In this document: one piece after another, positions 10,741 through 22,507 of the stretch
Layout of the letters: each line of letters starts with the position of its first letter
Position numbering within the stretch: position 1 is the stretch's first letter
NCBI GenBank assembly: GCA_038087875.1
Contig: JAXLNO010000539.1
Span: 1-64,000, forward strand
DNA: 64,000 bases
Source: Malacoraja senta
Taxonomy: Eukaryota
Direction: 5' to 3'
Position numbers and translations under genes: made by a program
Notes under the pieces: generated by a model
The model's database searches: none
Told to the model about the DNA's origin: nothing
The model's input: only the letters and a program-made list of their open reading frames with translations

Positions 10741-11667
10741 TTGAATGTTTACCAATTAACTTATTTCCAATTATTTCAATCCATATTCACCACTATTTTA
10801 AATGTCCAATTCCTAGCACTAGTAACAATTTTCCAAATTATCTTTACTGACTAGAAATCTAAAAGAACATCAGAAAAAACCAAAAGCTGGTTTCACAACT
10901 TCCCCTTCTTACGAGGATACAAACATTAATCGTTATCTTACAGCTGTTCGTCGCCTTTCACCATGACCTGATTTATTTATCTATTCATACACCTACCTAC
11001 AGTGAACATTTTTGATTTTAATAAAACTTACTTACTTACTCTTACAATGTGGTCTACAAAATACAATAAACAAAATAATTATCACATATATAACATCCTC
11101 TTTCATTACAAACCGGTTTTTACAGACAAATCACATTTGTTGCATTCTTACTTCAAATAAATGCAACATCTTTTACATGTATTAAAACTCAATATAACAG
11201 AATCAAATCATTTGTCTTCCAATTCCCTGGGTATTTCTCTGCCCCCAGAGGCTCAGCATTCGCCCCAACGGACTATCAGGCAGAATGCTGGGGTTGGGCT
11301 TACCGCCCTTCCCCTCCCTGGTGGGCTTTCCGTTCTCATGGCCCATCCTCCCGATCGGAATTTCCCCCCGATCTTTTTGCCCCCGATCTGTTTACCCCAG
11401 ATCTATAATCGCCCGAGTAGTACTTAATAGTCAGTTTTCTTACCCGGGTCCTGTGCACAAGAATCACTCGATTTGGCTCCCTCGCGATTTCCCCCCGATC
11501 TTCCTCCCGATCGGATTTCCAACTACTCCCACTTCTTTGCTGAGTCTCTGTTCTGGGATACCACTCGCCCAAACCGCTGACGGCAATCTAGGGGTCTAGG
11601 AACGCTGAAATCAACGGGGTGCACCGTCCCTTCTTCCGTATACCGTCGTCAGCCAGCCGGAGTGGGG

Positions 11668-11685
11668 ATCCCGGACGAGCCCCCA
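11668..11685 (-). promoter_or_regulatory. Primer-binding site, tRNA-Pro
   Basis: Minus strand TGGGGGCTCGTCCGGGAT, the 18-nt MLV-type PBS-Pro, 5 nt from the 5' LTR. Confidence 0.95.
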
Positions 11686-11690
11686 AAAAT

Positions 11691-12231
11691 TGTGAGATTC
11701 AAAATTCACAAACGCTTTTAGAGACAAAGTCAGCAAAGAAGCTTTTTATTCAAATCATATTCTGCAGAATAGGTGCCTCTCCTCTGATGTCCCCTAGAGG
11801 CACACCGAGGATCGGGATGACTTCTATCTTTATACATTTCATGGGTATCATTGTCACACCCTCATCCCTCCCCATTGTGCTTCTTCCAATCATAACATAA
11901 AGCCCACATTCCCACGAGAACGTCCTGGAACGTCCACCCGACGTCAAAGACACCTCCCATATCATGCATCGCATGTGCATTTAAATGAGACATCTTGTCA
12001 TAGTGGGTGTGTGTACATATTCATGTAAGTTCATTGCCCATGCGCACTGAGTGTTTCTCCTGACCCTTACCCTAGTTCTATGCTGGGCTGTTGCTATCTT
12101 CTCTGTTCTCATCCTTGAAAAAGTCACCATCTGTACTCATCCTTCACTCCCCCTATCCTCCCTACTATACTCCCTACTATACAAAGGGTTCTTGTCTAAA
12201 TCAACTTATACCTATTAACCCCTTCCTCACA
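11691..12231 (-). repeat. ERV 5' LTR (541 bp)
   Basis: About 4 single-base indels and about 5 substitutions versus the 3' LTR, by eye. Confidence 0.95.
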
Positions 12232-12799
12232 ACGGGGAGAACGTACAAACTCCGTACAGACTGCACCCGTAGTCAGGATCGAACCCGGGTCTCCAGCGCT
12301 GCATTGGCTGTAAGGCAGCAACTCTACCGCTGCACCACCATGCCGCCCTTTCATCCATTTGTTCTATATCTCTCTACATCACAGACTATATCTCTAGTTT
12401 CCCTTTCGCCGATGCTCAGTATGAAGAAGGTTCTCGACTCGAAACGTCACCTTCTCTGCAGAGATGCTGCCAGGCCCGCTGAGTTACTCCGCCATTTTGT
12501 GTCTATCCGGTTTAAACTAGCATCTGCAGTTCCTTCCTGCACGTGTCCCATCTACACTAGTCCCACCTGCCTGCGTTTGGCCTATATCCCTCCAAACCTG
12601 TCCTACCCATGTACCTTAATGTATCTTAAACGTTGGAATAGAACCTGCCTCAACTACCTCCTCTGACAGCTTGTTCCATACACCCGCCACCCTTTGTATG
12701 AAAAAGTTACCCCACAGAATCCTATTAAATCATTCCCCTCCCCCTAACCTTAAACCTAAGGTTCTCGAAAATGACACAAAACACTGAACACGTTTAGAG

Positions 12800-13335
12800 T
12801 TTGGACTTTAGAGACGCAGCATGAAAACAGGCCCATTGGCTCAAAGAGTCCGCGCCGATCAACGATCGCCACGCACACTAACACTATCCTACACACACTA
12901 GAGACAATTTACATTTATTCCAGGCCGATTAACCTACAAACCTGCACGTCTTTGGAGTGCGGGAGGAAACCGAAGATCTCGGAGAAAATTCACGCGGTCA
13001 CGGGGAGAACGTACAAACTCCGTACAGACAGTACCCGTAGTCAAGATCGAACCCGGGTCTCTGGCACAACAGTTCGATCCCGACTACCGGTGCCGTACTG
13101 TACGGAGATTGTACGTTCTCCCCGTGACCTGCCTGGGTTTTCTCCGAGATCTTCGGTTTCCTCCCACACTCCAAAGACGTGCAGGTTTGTAGGTTAATTG
13201 GCTTGGTAAATGTTTTTTTAAAAACTGTCCCTAGTGGGTGTAGCATAGTGTTAATGTGCGGGGATGGCTGGGTCTGTGCGGACCCGGTGAACCGTAGTGC
13301 CTGTTTCCGCACTGTATCTCTAAACTAAACTAAAC
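12800..13335. mobile_element. Two HE1/V-SINEs head-to-head (minus 12800-13065, plus 13072-13335)
   Basis: B-box GTTCGATCC, V-domain gggttttctcc..ggtttcctcccacactccaaagac, (CTAAA)n tail. Confidence 0.85.
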
Positions 13336-14379
13336 TTATCACGCTTTGTCCAGCCCCACTCTTTCAGCTTTCTCACCCTCCACAATGTCTGAAGAAGGGT
13401 CCCAACCCGAAACATCACCTATCCGTGTTTTCCAGAGATGCTGCCTGACCCGCTGAGTTACTCCAGTACTTTGTGTCTTTTGTAAACCATCATCTGTAGT
13501 TCCTTGTTCCTATATCTCACCAGGATGGGCGGCAGGGTGGCACAGAGGTAGAGCCGCAGCCTCATAGCGCCAGGGACCCGGGTTCCAGGGACACAGGTGC
13601 TGTCCGTACGGAGTTTGTATGTTCTCCACGGAACCTGCGTGGGTTTTCCCCGGGTGCTCTGCTTTCCTCCCACACTCCAAAGGTGTACAGGTTTGTAGAT
13701 TAGTTGTCTTAGAGGAGCTCCGACCGCTGGCCTACATCATCCAGAAGCCGCGGACTGAGGTGCTTCCAGCTGGCGCGGCGTCCAGAGCCTGGGATCCCTC
13801 GTTGGGGACCCCGGAGGAGAAGAGCTCAGACCGCCGGCCCTGCGGTCTGCGGTGCTTCTGGCTGCGGCGCGGCGGGGACATTAGATCTTCGACCGCCGGC
13901 CTGCGGGCCTACGCCATCTTGAAGCCACGGTCTCCGGTGGGGAAGCACCGATTCAGGACTTACCTTGTCTGCTCATCTGGACGCCCGCAGCGGCGACTGT
14001 GGAAGGTTGTGGTCCCGACCACGGGGGAAAATGGAGGAGGACTGGCCAAACTTTGTGCCTTCCACCACAGTGATGAATGCTGTGGTGGATGTTTGTGTTA
14101 CATTTTTATTGTGTATTGTGTGTTCTTTTTTTAATTGTACCGCTGCTGGCAAGTTCATCTCACTGCACTTGATGTGCAATTGTCGAATAAATCTGACTTG
14201 ACGACTTGAGGTAAAGATTGTAAATTGTACATAGTGTGTAACATTGTTCTACTGTACGGGGTCATCGCTGGTCGGTGTGGACTCAGTGGGCCGAAGGGCC
14301 TGTTTGCGCTCTGTAACACCAAACTATTGCAGGAGGATGAGCGGTGATCTTATAAAGGTGTATAGACCACACCTGGGTA

Positions 14380-14943
14380 GAGACCACACCTGGAGTCTTG
14401 TGTGCAGATTTGGTCCCCTAATTTGAGGAAGGACATTCTTGCTATTGAGGGAGTGCAGCGTAGGTTCACAAGGTTAATTCCCGGGATGGCGAGACTGTCA
14501 TATGCTGAGAGAATGGAGCAGCTGGGCTTGTACACTCTGGAGTTTAGAAGGATGAGAGGGCATCTCATTGAAACATATAAGATTGTTAAGGGCTTGGACA
14601 CGCTAGAGGCAGGAAACATGTTCCCGATGTTGGGGGAGTCCAGAACCAGGGGCCACAGTTTAAGAATAAGGAGTAAGCCATTTAGAACAGAGACGAGGAA
14701 ACACTTTTTTTCACAGAGAATGGTGAGTCTGTGGAATTCTCTGCCTCAGAGGGCGGTTGAGGCAGGTTCGGTGGATGCTTTCAAGAGAGAGCTAGATAGG
14801 GCTCTTAAAAATAGCGGAGTTAGGGGATATGGGGAGAAGGCAGGAACGGGGTACTGATTGGGGATGATCAGCCATGATCACATTGAATGGCGGTGCTGGC
14901 TCGAAGGGCCGAATGGCCTACTCCTGCACCTATTGTCTATTGT
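14380..14943 (+). mobile_element. CR1 (HER1-like) LINE 3' end
   Basis: VQRRFTRLIPGM..LSY.ER..LGL..LE.RR.RG.LIE.YKI..SRTRGH; (CTATTGT)n tail. Confidence 0.92.
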
Positions 14944-15917
14944 CAATTGTATAAAATCATGAGGAATAGATTGGCACAGAGTCTCTTACCTGGGTAGAGG
15001 AATCGAGGACCAGAGGACATGGATTTAAGGTGAAGGGAGAAATTATTTAATAGGAGTCTGAGAGGTAACTTTGTCGCACAAAGGGATATGGGTGTATGGA
15101 ACGAGCTGTCGGAGTTGAGGCAGGGACTATCACAACGTTTAAGAAACAATTAGATAGGTACATGGCTAGGACAGGATTAGAGAGATATGGGCCAAACACA
15201 GGCAGGTGGGACTAGTGTAGATGGGACATGCTGGTCGTTGTGGGCAAGTTGGGCCTGTTTCTATGCTGTACGACTCTATGACTATACACTAAACTGTATG
15301 AGATAACAAGTATGAAAAAAGGTGAGGGTGGGGAGAGGATGTTGCCACTAGTGGGAGTCTAGGACCAGCGGTCATAGCCTCAGACAAAAGTATGTTCCTT
15401 TAGGAAGGAGGTGAGGAGGATTTTTTTTGGTCAGAGGGTGATGAATCTGGAGTTCATTACCACAGAAGGCTGTGGAGGCCAAGTCAGTGGATATTTTTAA
15501 GGCAGAGATAGATAGATTCTTGTGTAGGAAGGAACTGCAGATGCTGGTTGAAACCAAAGGTAGACCCAAAAAGCTGGAGTAAGTCAGCGGGTCAGACAGC
15601 ATCTCTGGAGAAAAGGAATAGGTGACGTTTCGGGTCGAGACCCTTCTTCAGATTCTTGATTGGTACGGGTGTCAGGGGTTATGGGGAGAAGGCGGGAGAA
15701 TGGGGTGGAGAGGGGAAGGTAGATCAGCCATGATTGAATGGCGGAGTAGACTTAAGTCATAGAGTGATACAGTGTGGAAACAGGTCCTTCGGCCCAACGT
15801 GCCCACACCGGCCAACATGTCCCAGCTACACCAGTCCCACCTGCCCGCGCCTGGTCCATATCCCTCCAAACCTTTCCTTGATGGGCCGAATGGCCTAATT
15901 CTGCTCCTATCACTTAG

Positions 15918-16430
15918 GTCCGAGAACACAAATGCAATTATCAAGAAAGCTCCTCAGCGCCTCTACTTCCTGAGAAGATTACGGAGAGTCGGTTTGTCAA
16001 GGAGGACTCTCTCTAACTTCTACAGGTGCACTGTAGAGAGCATGCTGACCGGTTGCATCGTGGCTTAGTCCGGCAACTTGAGCGCCCTGGAGCGGAAAAG
16101 ACTACAAAAAGTAGTAAACACTGCCCAGTCCATCATCGGCTCTGACCTTCCATCCATCGAGGGGATCTATCGCAATCGCTGCCTCAAAAAGGCTGGCAGT
16201 ATCATCAAAGACCCACACCATCCTGGCCACACACTCATCTCCCCGCTACCTTCAGGTAGAAGGTACAGGAGCCTGAAGACTGCAACGACCAGGTTCAGGA
16301 ATAGCTACTTCCCCACGGCCATCAGTCTATTAAACCTGGCTCGGACAAAACTCTGATTATTAATAACCCTTTTATCTGTTATCTGCACTTTATCAGTTTA
16401 TTTATTCATGTGTGTATATATATATATTAT
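15918..16430 (+). mobile_element. Rex/Babar LINE 3' fragment
   Basis: KKA.QRLYFLRRL..NFYRCTVES..LPSGRRYRS. Confidence 0.88.
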
Positions 16431-16898
16431 AGTAGGTACACAAAAATGCTGGAGAAAGTCAGCGGGTGCAGCAGCATCTATGGAGCGAAGGAAAATCCTA
16501 TTATAGTATATGGACACACTGATCTGTTTTGTAGTCAGTGCCTACTACAATGCCTACTATTTTGTAGTCAATGCCAACTAAATGCCAGGATCATCGGGCC
16601 TCCGTAGAGGCAATAGCGGGGGCCTCATTTGGCCTGACTTTTTGGTTGAACTGGGGCTGGGGACTGGACATTGTGCCTTCCCCCACAGTGGAAATCATTG
16701 TGGGGGGATGATTTTCGTTTGTAATTGTTTGTACTTGTATTTGTTAGTCTGTGTTCAAGATGGCAGTCGGAGGGGAGAGTGGACGCTGGCGCGGTTTCGA
16801 TGCCGCTGCTCTCTCCTCAAATTGTGTTTCTGATTTTCTTTTTTGTGTTTTGGGAAGGAATTCTGTCCCTGATTTGTGTATTGGCCTTTATAACTTAT

Positions 16899-17561
16899 GT
16901 TTAACCCAAGACGCAACTATAACACACTCTTTTGTTTCTTGTATAAAACTTCATGGATTTTGGAGCGATATTTTAGAAATATTTACAAAATTATTTAAGA
17001 CAAAAATGGAACCCAATAACGAATTGATTATATTTGGGGTAATGCAAGACGGGAACAAATTGAGCTCATCTCAAAAGTCAATTTTTAATTATGGTTTAAT
17101 AATAGCAAAAAAATTAATATTGAAATTTTGGAAAAATACACCAATACCAACGCTCAAAATGTGGATTGCAAGTATGTTGGACACCGCACATCTTGAGGAA
17201 ATGCGATTCCTCCTAATAGATAAATTTGACCAATTCATAACGATGTCTTTTTGGAAACATATGGTGCAACACAAGTGTAAAAGCTAATCCGTGACTGGGG
17301 ATGGTCAAGATTATAAATGATCTCTTTTTCTTCTTTTACTCTCTTCTATTTTCTATGTCTCAACTTTCTTTTTTCACTCTCTATTTTTCTTTTTCACACA
17401 CTATACATCTCACATTTTTCTATTTTTCATTATCTAACTTTTCTCTTTTTCTTCTTTATTACAATTTTTTTTTAAATAAGAAGCTGTACATAAAAGGTAT
17501 TATGAAAATATGATTGTATACAATTGTACTTACTTCTAATAAAATACAAATATTTAAAAAA
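16899..17561 (+). mobile_element. 5'-truncated L1-clade LINE
   Basis: ORF2 C-terminus HSFVSC..FW..ILKFWK..W; AATAAA plus A-rich tail; TSD ATAACTTAT (16890-16898, 17562-17570). Confidence 0.8.
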
Positions 17562-17784
17562 ATAACTTATTTTTTAAATTCTGATTATTCTGATTATATG
17601 TTAACCATAAATCTCTGTAAGGTGTCCTTGAGACCTCGGTATAAGGCGCCCATAAATAAAATACATTATTATTATTACTATGTTCTGTGTGCTGAAGCAA
17701 AGCAAGAATTTCATTGTCCTATCAGGGACACATGACAATAAACTCACTTGACTTGACTTGACGACGACCACACATTTCACTGTA

Positions 17785-19290
17785 CCAATTGCACTGAGCA
17801 AGGTGAATGAGCGCAAAGCTGCCGGCCCCGATGGCATCCCTGGCCGGGTGCTTAGGGCATGTGCTGGACAACTATCCCCAGTCTTCACCGACATTTTCAA
17901 TCTCTCACTGGCCCAGGGTGTTGTCCCCACTTGCCTCAAGACATCAACCATCGTGCCAGTGCCCAAACAGTCAGCCACAGGGAGCCTCAACGATTTCCAC
18001 CCAGTGGCACTCACCCCTGTCATTGCTAAGTGCTTTGAGCGGCTGATCTTGGCTCACCTCAAAGCCAGCCTCCCCCCACACTGGACCCCCATCAGTTTGC
18101 CTACCGGGCCAACAGGTCTACAGAGGACGCCATATCGGCGGCCCTACACTCTGCCCTGACCCACCTGGACAACAACAACTCCTACATCAGGTTGCTGTTC
18201 ATTGATTTCAGCTCCGCTTTTAACACTGTCATCCCCGCCAGCTTGATCACAAATTCAGCGAGCTTGGCATCTCCACCTCCCTCTGCAACTGGACACTGGA
18301 TTTCCTCACCAACAGACCACAGTCTGTTAGGGTCAACAGGGCTGTGTGCTCAGCCCTCTCCTCTACTCCCTCTTCACCCACGACTGCATCGCTAAGTACG
18401 GATCCAACGCCATCATTAAGTTTGCTGACGACACCACGGTGGTAGGACTGATCAGTGACAACGATGAGTCAGCCTACAGAGAGGAGGTCCAGCACCTGAC
18501 AACCTGGTGTGCCAACAATAACCTCGTCCTCAACTCCAAGAAGACAAAGGAAATTATTGTCGACTTCAGGAAGGTCAGAGGGGGCAGACATACCCCCATC
18601 CATATAAACGGGACTGAGGTGGAGCGCGTCTCCAGCTACAAATTCCTCGGGGTACACATCTCGGAGGATTTGTCCTGGTCCCTCAACACCTCCAAGCTGA
18701 TCAAAAAGGCACAGCAGCGCCTTTACTTCCTGAGGAGGCTCAAGAAAGCCCACCTGTCCCCCCCAGATCCTGACCAACTTCTACCGGTGTACCATCGAAA
18801 GCATCCTGACCACCTGCTTCACGGTATGGTACAGCAGCTGCACTGTTGCGGACAGGAAGGCACTACAACGGGTGGTGAAAACCGCGCAGCACATCATTGG
18901 TGCCCCGCTCCCTGCCATGGATGCCCTCCACCGAAAACGGTGTCTGAAACGGGCTGGGAAGAAAGATCATTAAAGACCCCTCCCACCCCAACCATGGACT
19001 GTTTGCCGTCCTCCCATCAGGGAGGCGGTACAGGAGCCTCAGGTCTCGTACCAGTAGGATGAGGAACAGCTTCTACAATTATACCGTTGCATTGCTGAAC
19101 TCGGAGTCCCGCCGATAGATTCCTCCGGTCCCTCCGTCCCCATTGTTAATTATTCTGTATTTTTGATTATTCTGTATCTTTTTTTTTACATTTCTATATT
19201 GCACTACTACTACGGACTGATGCAAAACTGCATTTCGTTGTACCCATACTCAGTATTTGTGCAATGACATTAAAGTTGAATTGAATTGAA
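17785..19290 (+). mobile_element. Rex/Babar LINE RT region, frameshifted
   Basis: [37 protein letters not shown]; (TTGAA)n tail. Confidence 0.92.
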
Positions 19291-19697
19291 CACATGTAAC
19301 AAATAAATGTATCTTGTACATGCCGAATAACCAGACAACCTGATTGTTCGGAATAGTTGACACCAAACTTTGTACCGATCGCCTTCGCCACTGGGAGGCA
19401 GCTCCACCACTAAACAGCAAACAGGAAAAAGACCAACCCGCTTAAACTGACAACTGTTTGAATTCAAACCCTTTGCATCGGCTGACATTTTATCTGCCAG
19501 AAAGTTTCTCACAAAAGCAGATTCCCCTGCCCTTGCATGCACCGATTTTTTTGTTGTTGCTGCCCCCCCCAAAAAAAAAAAAATCAAATGCAAAGTGTTT
19601 AATAATTTCAAAGCTTCCAGTTGTTCTTTAACAAAAAAAAAAAGATTCTTCTTCAAATTTCTTTCTTTCTGCACCACCTCCCCTCCTAAATGCCAAG

Positions 19698-19740
19698 AAA
19701 AGCCATGGACGCGCGAAGGAGGTCGCAACGTCTGCACCAG
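19698..19740 (+). CDS. Uncharacterised gene exon 2 (MDARRRSQRLHQ, Kozak ATG at 19705)
   Basis: Pyrimidine tract + AAG acceptor; GCCATGG; donor CAG|GTATGG in phase 0. Confidence 0.6.
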
Positions 19741-20330
19741 GTATGGGGTTGGTTGGGGTTGGTGTTGGTGGGGTGGGGGGCAGAGGCAGAGAAACTTAAC
19801 GGAGATGCTTTAAATGTAAGATGATTCTGACAGGGGAAATTGTACCCGAGGCAATTTGGTAGCCAGCCAGTCTAACTGCATTTGTAGTTTCTCCTGCAGC
19901 GGTAGCAGGTTTAGCATAAACCTGCAACAATGTCTGCATAAAGCTTCATCGTCTAATCTTACAGCCGGATGGGAAGAGGATTTAGACGAAGAAGCAATCA
20001 AACTTTTTGTTGCTTTCAGTAGCAAATGCGTGCAAATCCATGTCCTTTCCTCAAATTATTTTTGCATTGAAACTCTTTTCAATTCAGTTGCACGCCCACG
20101 CTCTTGTTTAATGCAGGGGTATCTTGTAGCGATTGAAGTTTCTCGTGTTTTTGCTACTCGGCACACTTTGCAAAATGTTTTAACTTTGATAAAGTCTCTG
20201 TTTTATTTTATTTTTTTGGGGGGGGGGGGAAAGAGTTGAAAATCCCGGAACTGGAGCCAAAACTACACAATGCAGGATTGTATTGCTAGGTTTTGGCGCC
20301 GAAATTTTACTTTGAACCCCCCCCCCCCCC

Positions 20331-20944
20331 ATGCAATGCAATGCAATGCATTAGGATAAGAGGTTAAATGCAATGCAATGCATTAGGATAAGAGGTTAAA
20401 TGCAATGCAATGCATTAGAATAAGAGGTGAAATGCAATGCAATGCATTAGAATAAGAGGTTAAATGCAATGCAATGCATTAGGATAAGAGGTGAAATGCA
20501 ATGCAATGCATTAGAATAAGAGGTTAAATGCAATGCAATGCATTAGAATAAGAGGTTAAATGCAATGCAATGCATTAGGATAAGAGGTGAAATGCAATGC
20601 AATGCATTAGAATAAGAGGTTAAATGCAATGCAATGCATTAGAATAAGAGGTGAAATGCAATGCAATGCATTAGAATAAGAGGTTAAATGCAATGCAATG
20701 CATTAGGATAAGAGGTGAAATGCAATGCAATGCATTAGAATAAGAGGTTAAATGCAATGCAATGCATTAGGATAAGAGGTTAAATGCAATGCAATGCATT
20801 AGAATAAGAGGTTAAATGCAATGCAATGCATTAGAATAAGAGGTTAAATGCAATGCAATGCATTAGAATAAGAGGTTAAATGCAATGCAATGCATTAGAA
20901 TAAGAGGTTAAATGCAATGCAATGCATTAGAATAAGAGGTTAAA
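20331..20944. repeat. 32-bp minisatellite TGCAATGCAATGCATTAGRATAAGAGGTKAAA, ~19 copies
   Basis: Direct tandem repeat with two variable positions. Confidence 0.97.
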
Positions 20945-21095
20945 TTATGTTTTTTTTTTGCATTTAAAACTTAAGAGCAAAGATACTAGCTTAAGGGGCC
21001 AGAGGTTCAAGTTTTAGCTCTGGAGGATGTTCTTGTAAATGATAATTATGATTTATTTATTTTTGGGGGGGTGGGGGGTTTGCATTCGTTTTCAG

Positions 21096-21293
21096 GGACA
21101 GATGCAGAGTCCACACTCTGCAGATGCTGGGAAGGAGATGGAAGAGGTGGTGCAGCCAGAAGCAGAAGATAGATGGGCGACCCACCCCAAGGAATTGTTG
21201 GTTCTAACTCCCAGGAATCCGATCCGGGCCAGCTCCAGGATTCCCAAGAGCAGCGGCCACTCCTTGGTGAAAGAGGAGAAGGAAGAGCCCCCG
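21096..21293 (+). CDS. Uncharacterised gene exon 3 (GQMQSPH...VKEEKEEPP)
   Basis: TTTTCAG acceptor, CCG|GTGAGT donor, 198 nt, open, phase 0-0, non-repetitive. Confidence 0.72.
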
Positions 21294-21629
21294 GTGAGTC
21301 GTGAGGGGGGTGGGGAAAGAAATGTTTCAATGCATTACTCGTCTTTCGTTGCATTTAAGCTTTTGCAAAAGAGCAAGTGTTGCATCGAGCCACGGCTTTT
21401 CGCCAAATTCGCGGGAGCTTCCGGGTAGCCCCCCCCCCCCCCCCCGGGAACAGCCAATGGGCTGCTTGCAAATTGCATTGGCTGCGGGAATTAAAACAAA
21501 TAACCTTTGCAAACCTTTGCAAAGCACGAAATGCAATGGTGCTGGAGGTAAGGGACGGCAAAACGAGTGTAAAAGAGCCACAAAAAAAAAATGTGGAGGG
21601 ATCTCGCTGCTCGTCGTCCCTCACCCTGG

Positions 21630-21950
21630 CTCAACCGCGTTGCCCCAAGATGGCTGATCTCTGGTTCGATCTAGACATCATGGACGTCCCACCTGAGAAG
21701 ACCAGCGTCCGATTGAGGGTGAACGGGAGGGTCCACAGGTCAAGGAGGTGCTGATGGACGGCATTGGCATGGTGCCCGCCGACATCTTCTGCCTCCAGGA
21801 CTGCCCGGCCAAGGGCACCTTCGATGTGACCTTCGACTCGCAGGATCTCTGCTCCTCTTTCTGGAGGGTCTACCAGGAGAAGAAGGGCACAGCGCCGCTG
21901 AGCTCCTTCACTGCCGAGCCGCTCAGAGCATGGGGCCCTCCTTAACTCTT
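21630..21950 (+). mobile_element. Tx1/L1-type ORF1 5' fragment
   Basis: DIFCLQD..KGTFDVTF motif resembles Tx1 ORF1 / ZCCHC3-like N-terminus; frameshifted. Confidence 0.6.
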
Positions 21951-22167
21951 TGGATGAACTCGATTCTGGATGTTCTACCCAAAGATACTGGTTCTACCAG
22001 CTGAAGATGGAGGACCCGAGGAGGAACTGCTGAATTTCTTCACCACCAAGACACGCAAAGCCTTGGCAACAAAGAGCCTGGAAAAAAGAGGAGTCTGATG
22101 TGGAAGATCAAATAAATAAATTAATTAAACGTTACTCTAATCTTGAGTTGTGTAGTTTTGGTTTTGC

Positions 22168-22507
22168 AGAGGCAGGAAACATGTTCCCGGTGTTGGGGGA
22201 GTCCAGAACCAGGGGCCACACACAGTGCAAGAATAAGGAGTAAGCCGTTTAGAACGGAGACGAGGAAACACTTTTTCTCACAGGGAGTTGCGAGTCTGTG
22301 GAATTCTCTGCCTCAGAGGGCGGTGGAGGCAGGTTCTCTGGATGCTTTCAAGAGAGAGCTCGATAGGGCTCTTAAAAATAGCGGAGTCAGGGGATATGGG
22401 GAGAAGGCAGGAACGAGGTACTGATTGGGAATGATCAGCCATGATCACATTGAATGGCAGTGCTGGCTCGAAGGGCCGAATGGCCTACTCCTGCACTAAT
22501 TGTCTAT
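22168..22507 (+). mobile_element. CR1 3' end
   Basis: Same family as 14600-14943. Confidence 0.9.

Larger units (their letters stand above)
6208..12231 (-). mobile_element. Defective class I (gamma/epsilon-like) endogenous retrovirus
   Basis: Two LTRs TGTGAG...CTCACA, TSD ACGG (6204-6207, 12232-12235), PBS, PPT, gag/IN/env remnants on the minus strand. Confidence 0.96.

Noticed and set aside
20331..20944. CRISPR-like regular array
   Set aside because: No unique spacers; eukaryotic minisatellite
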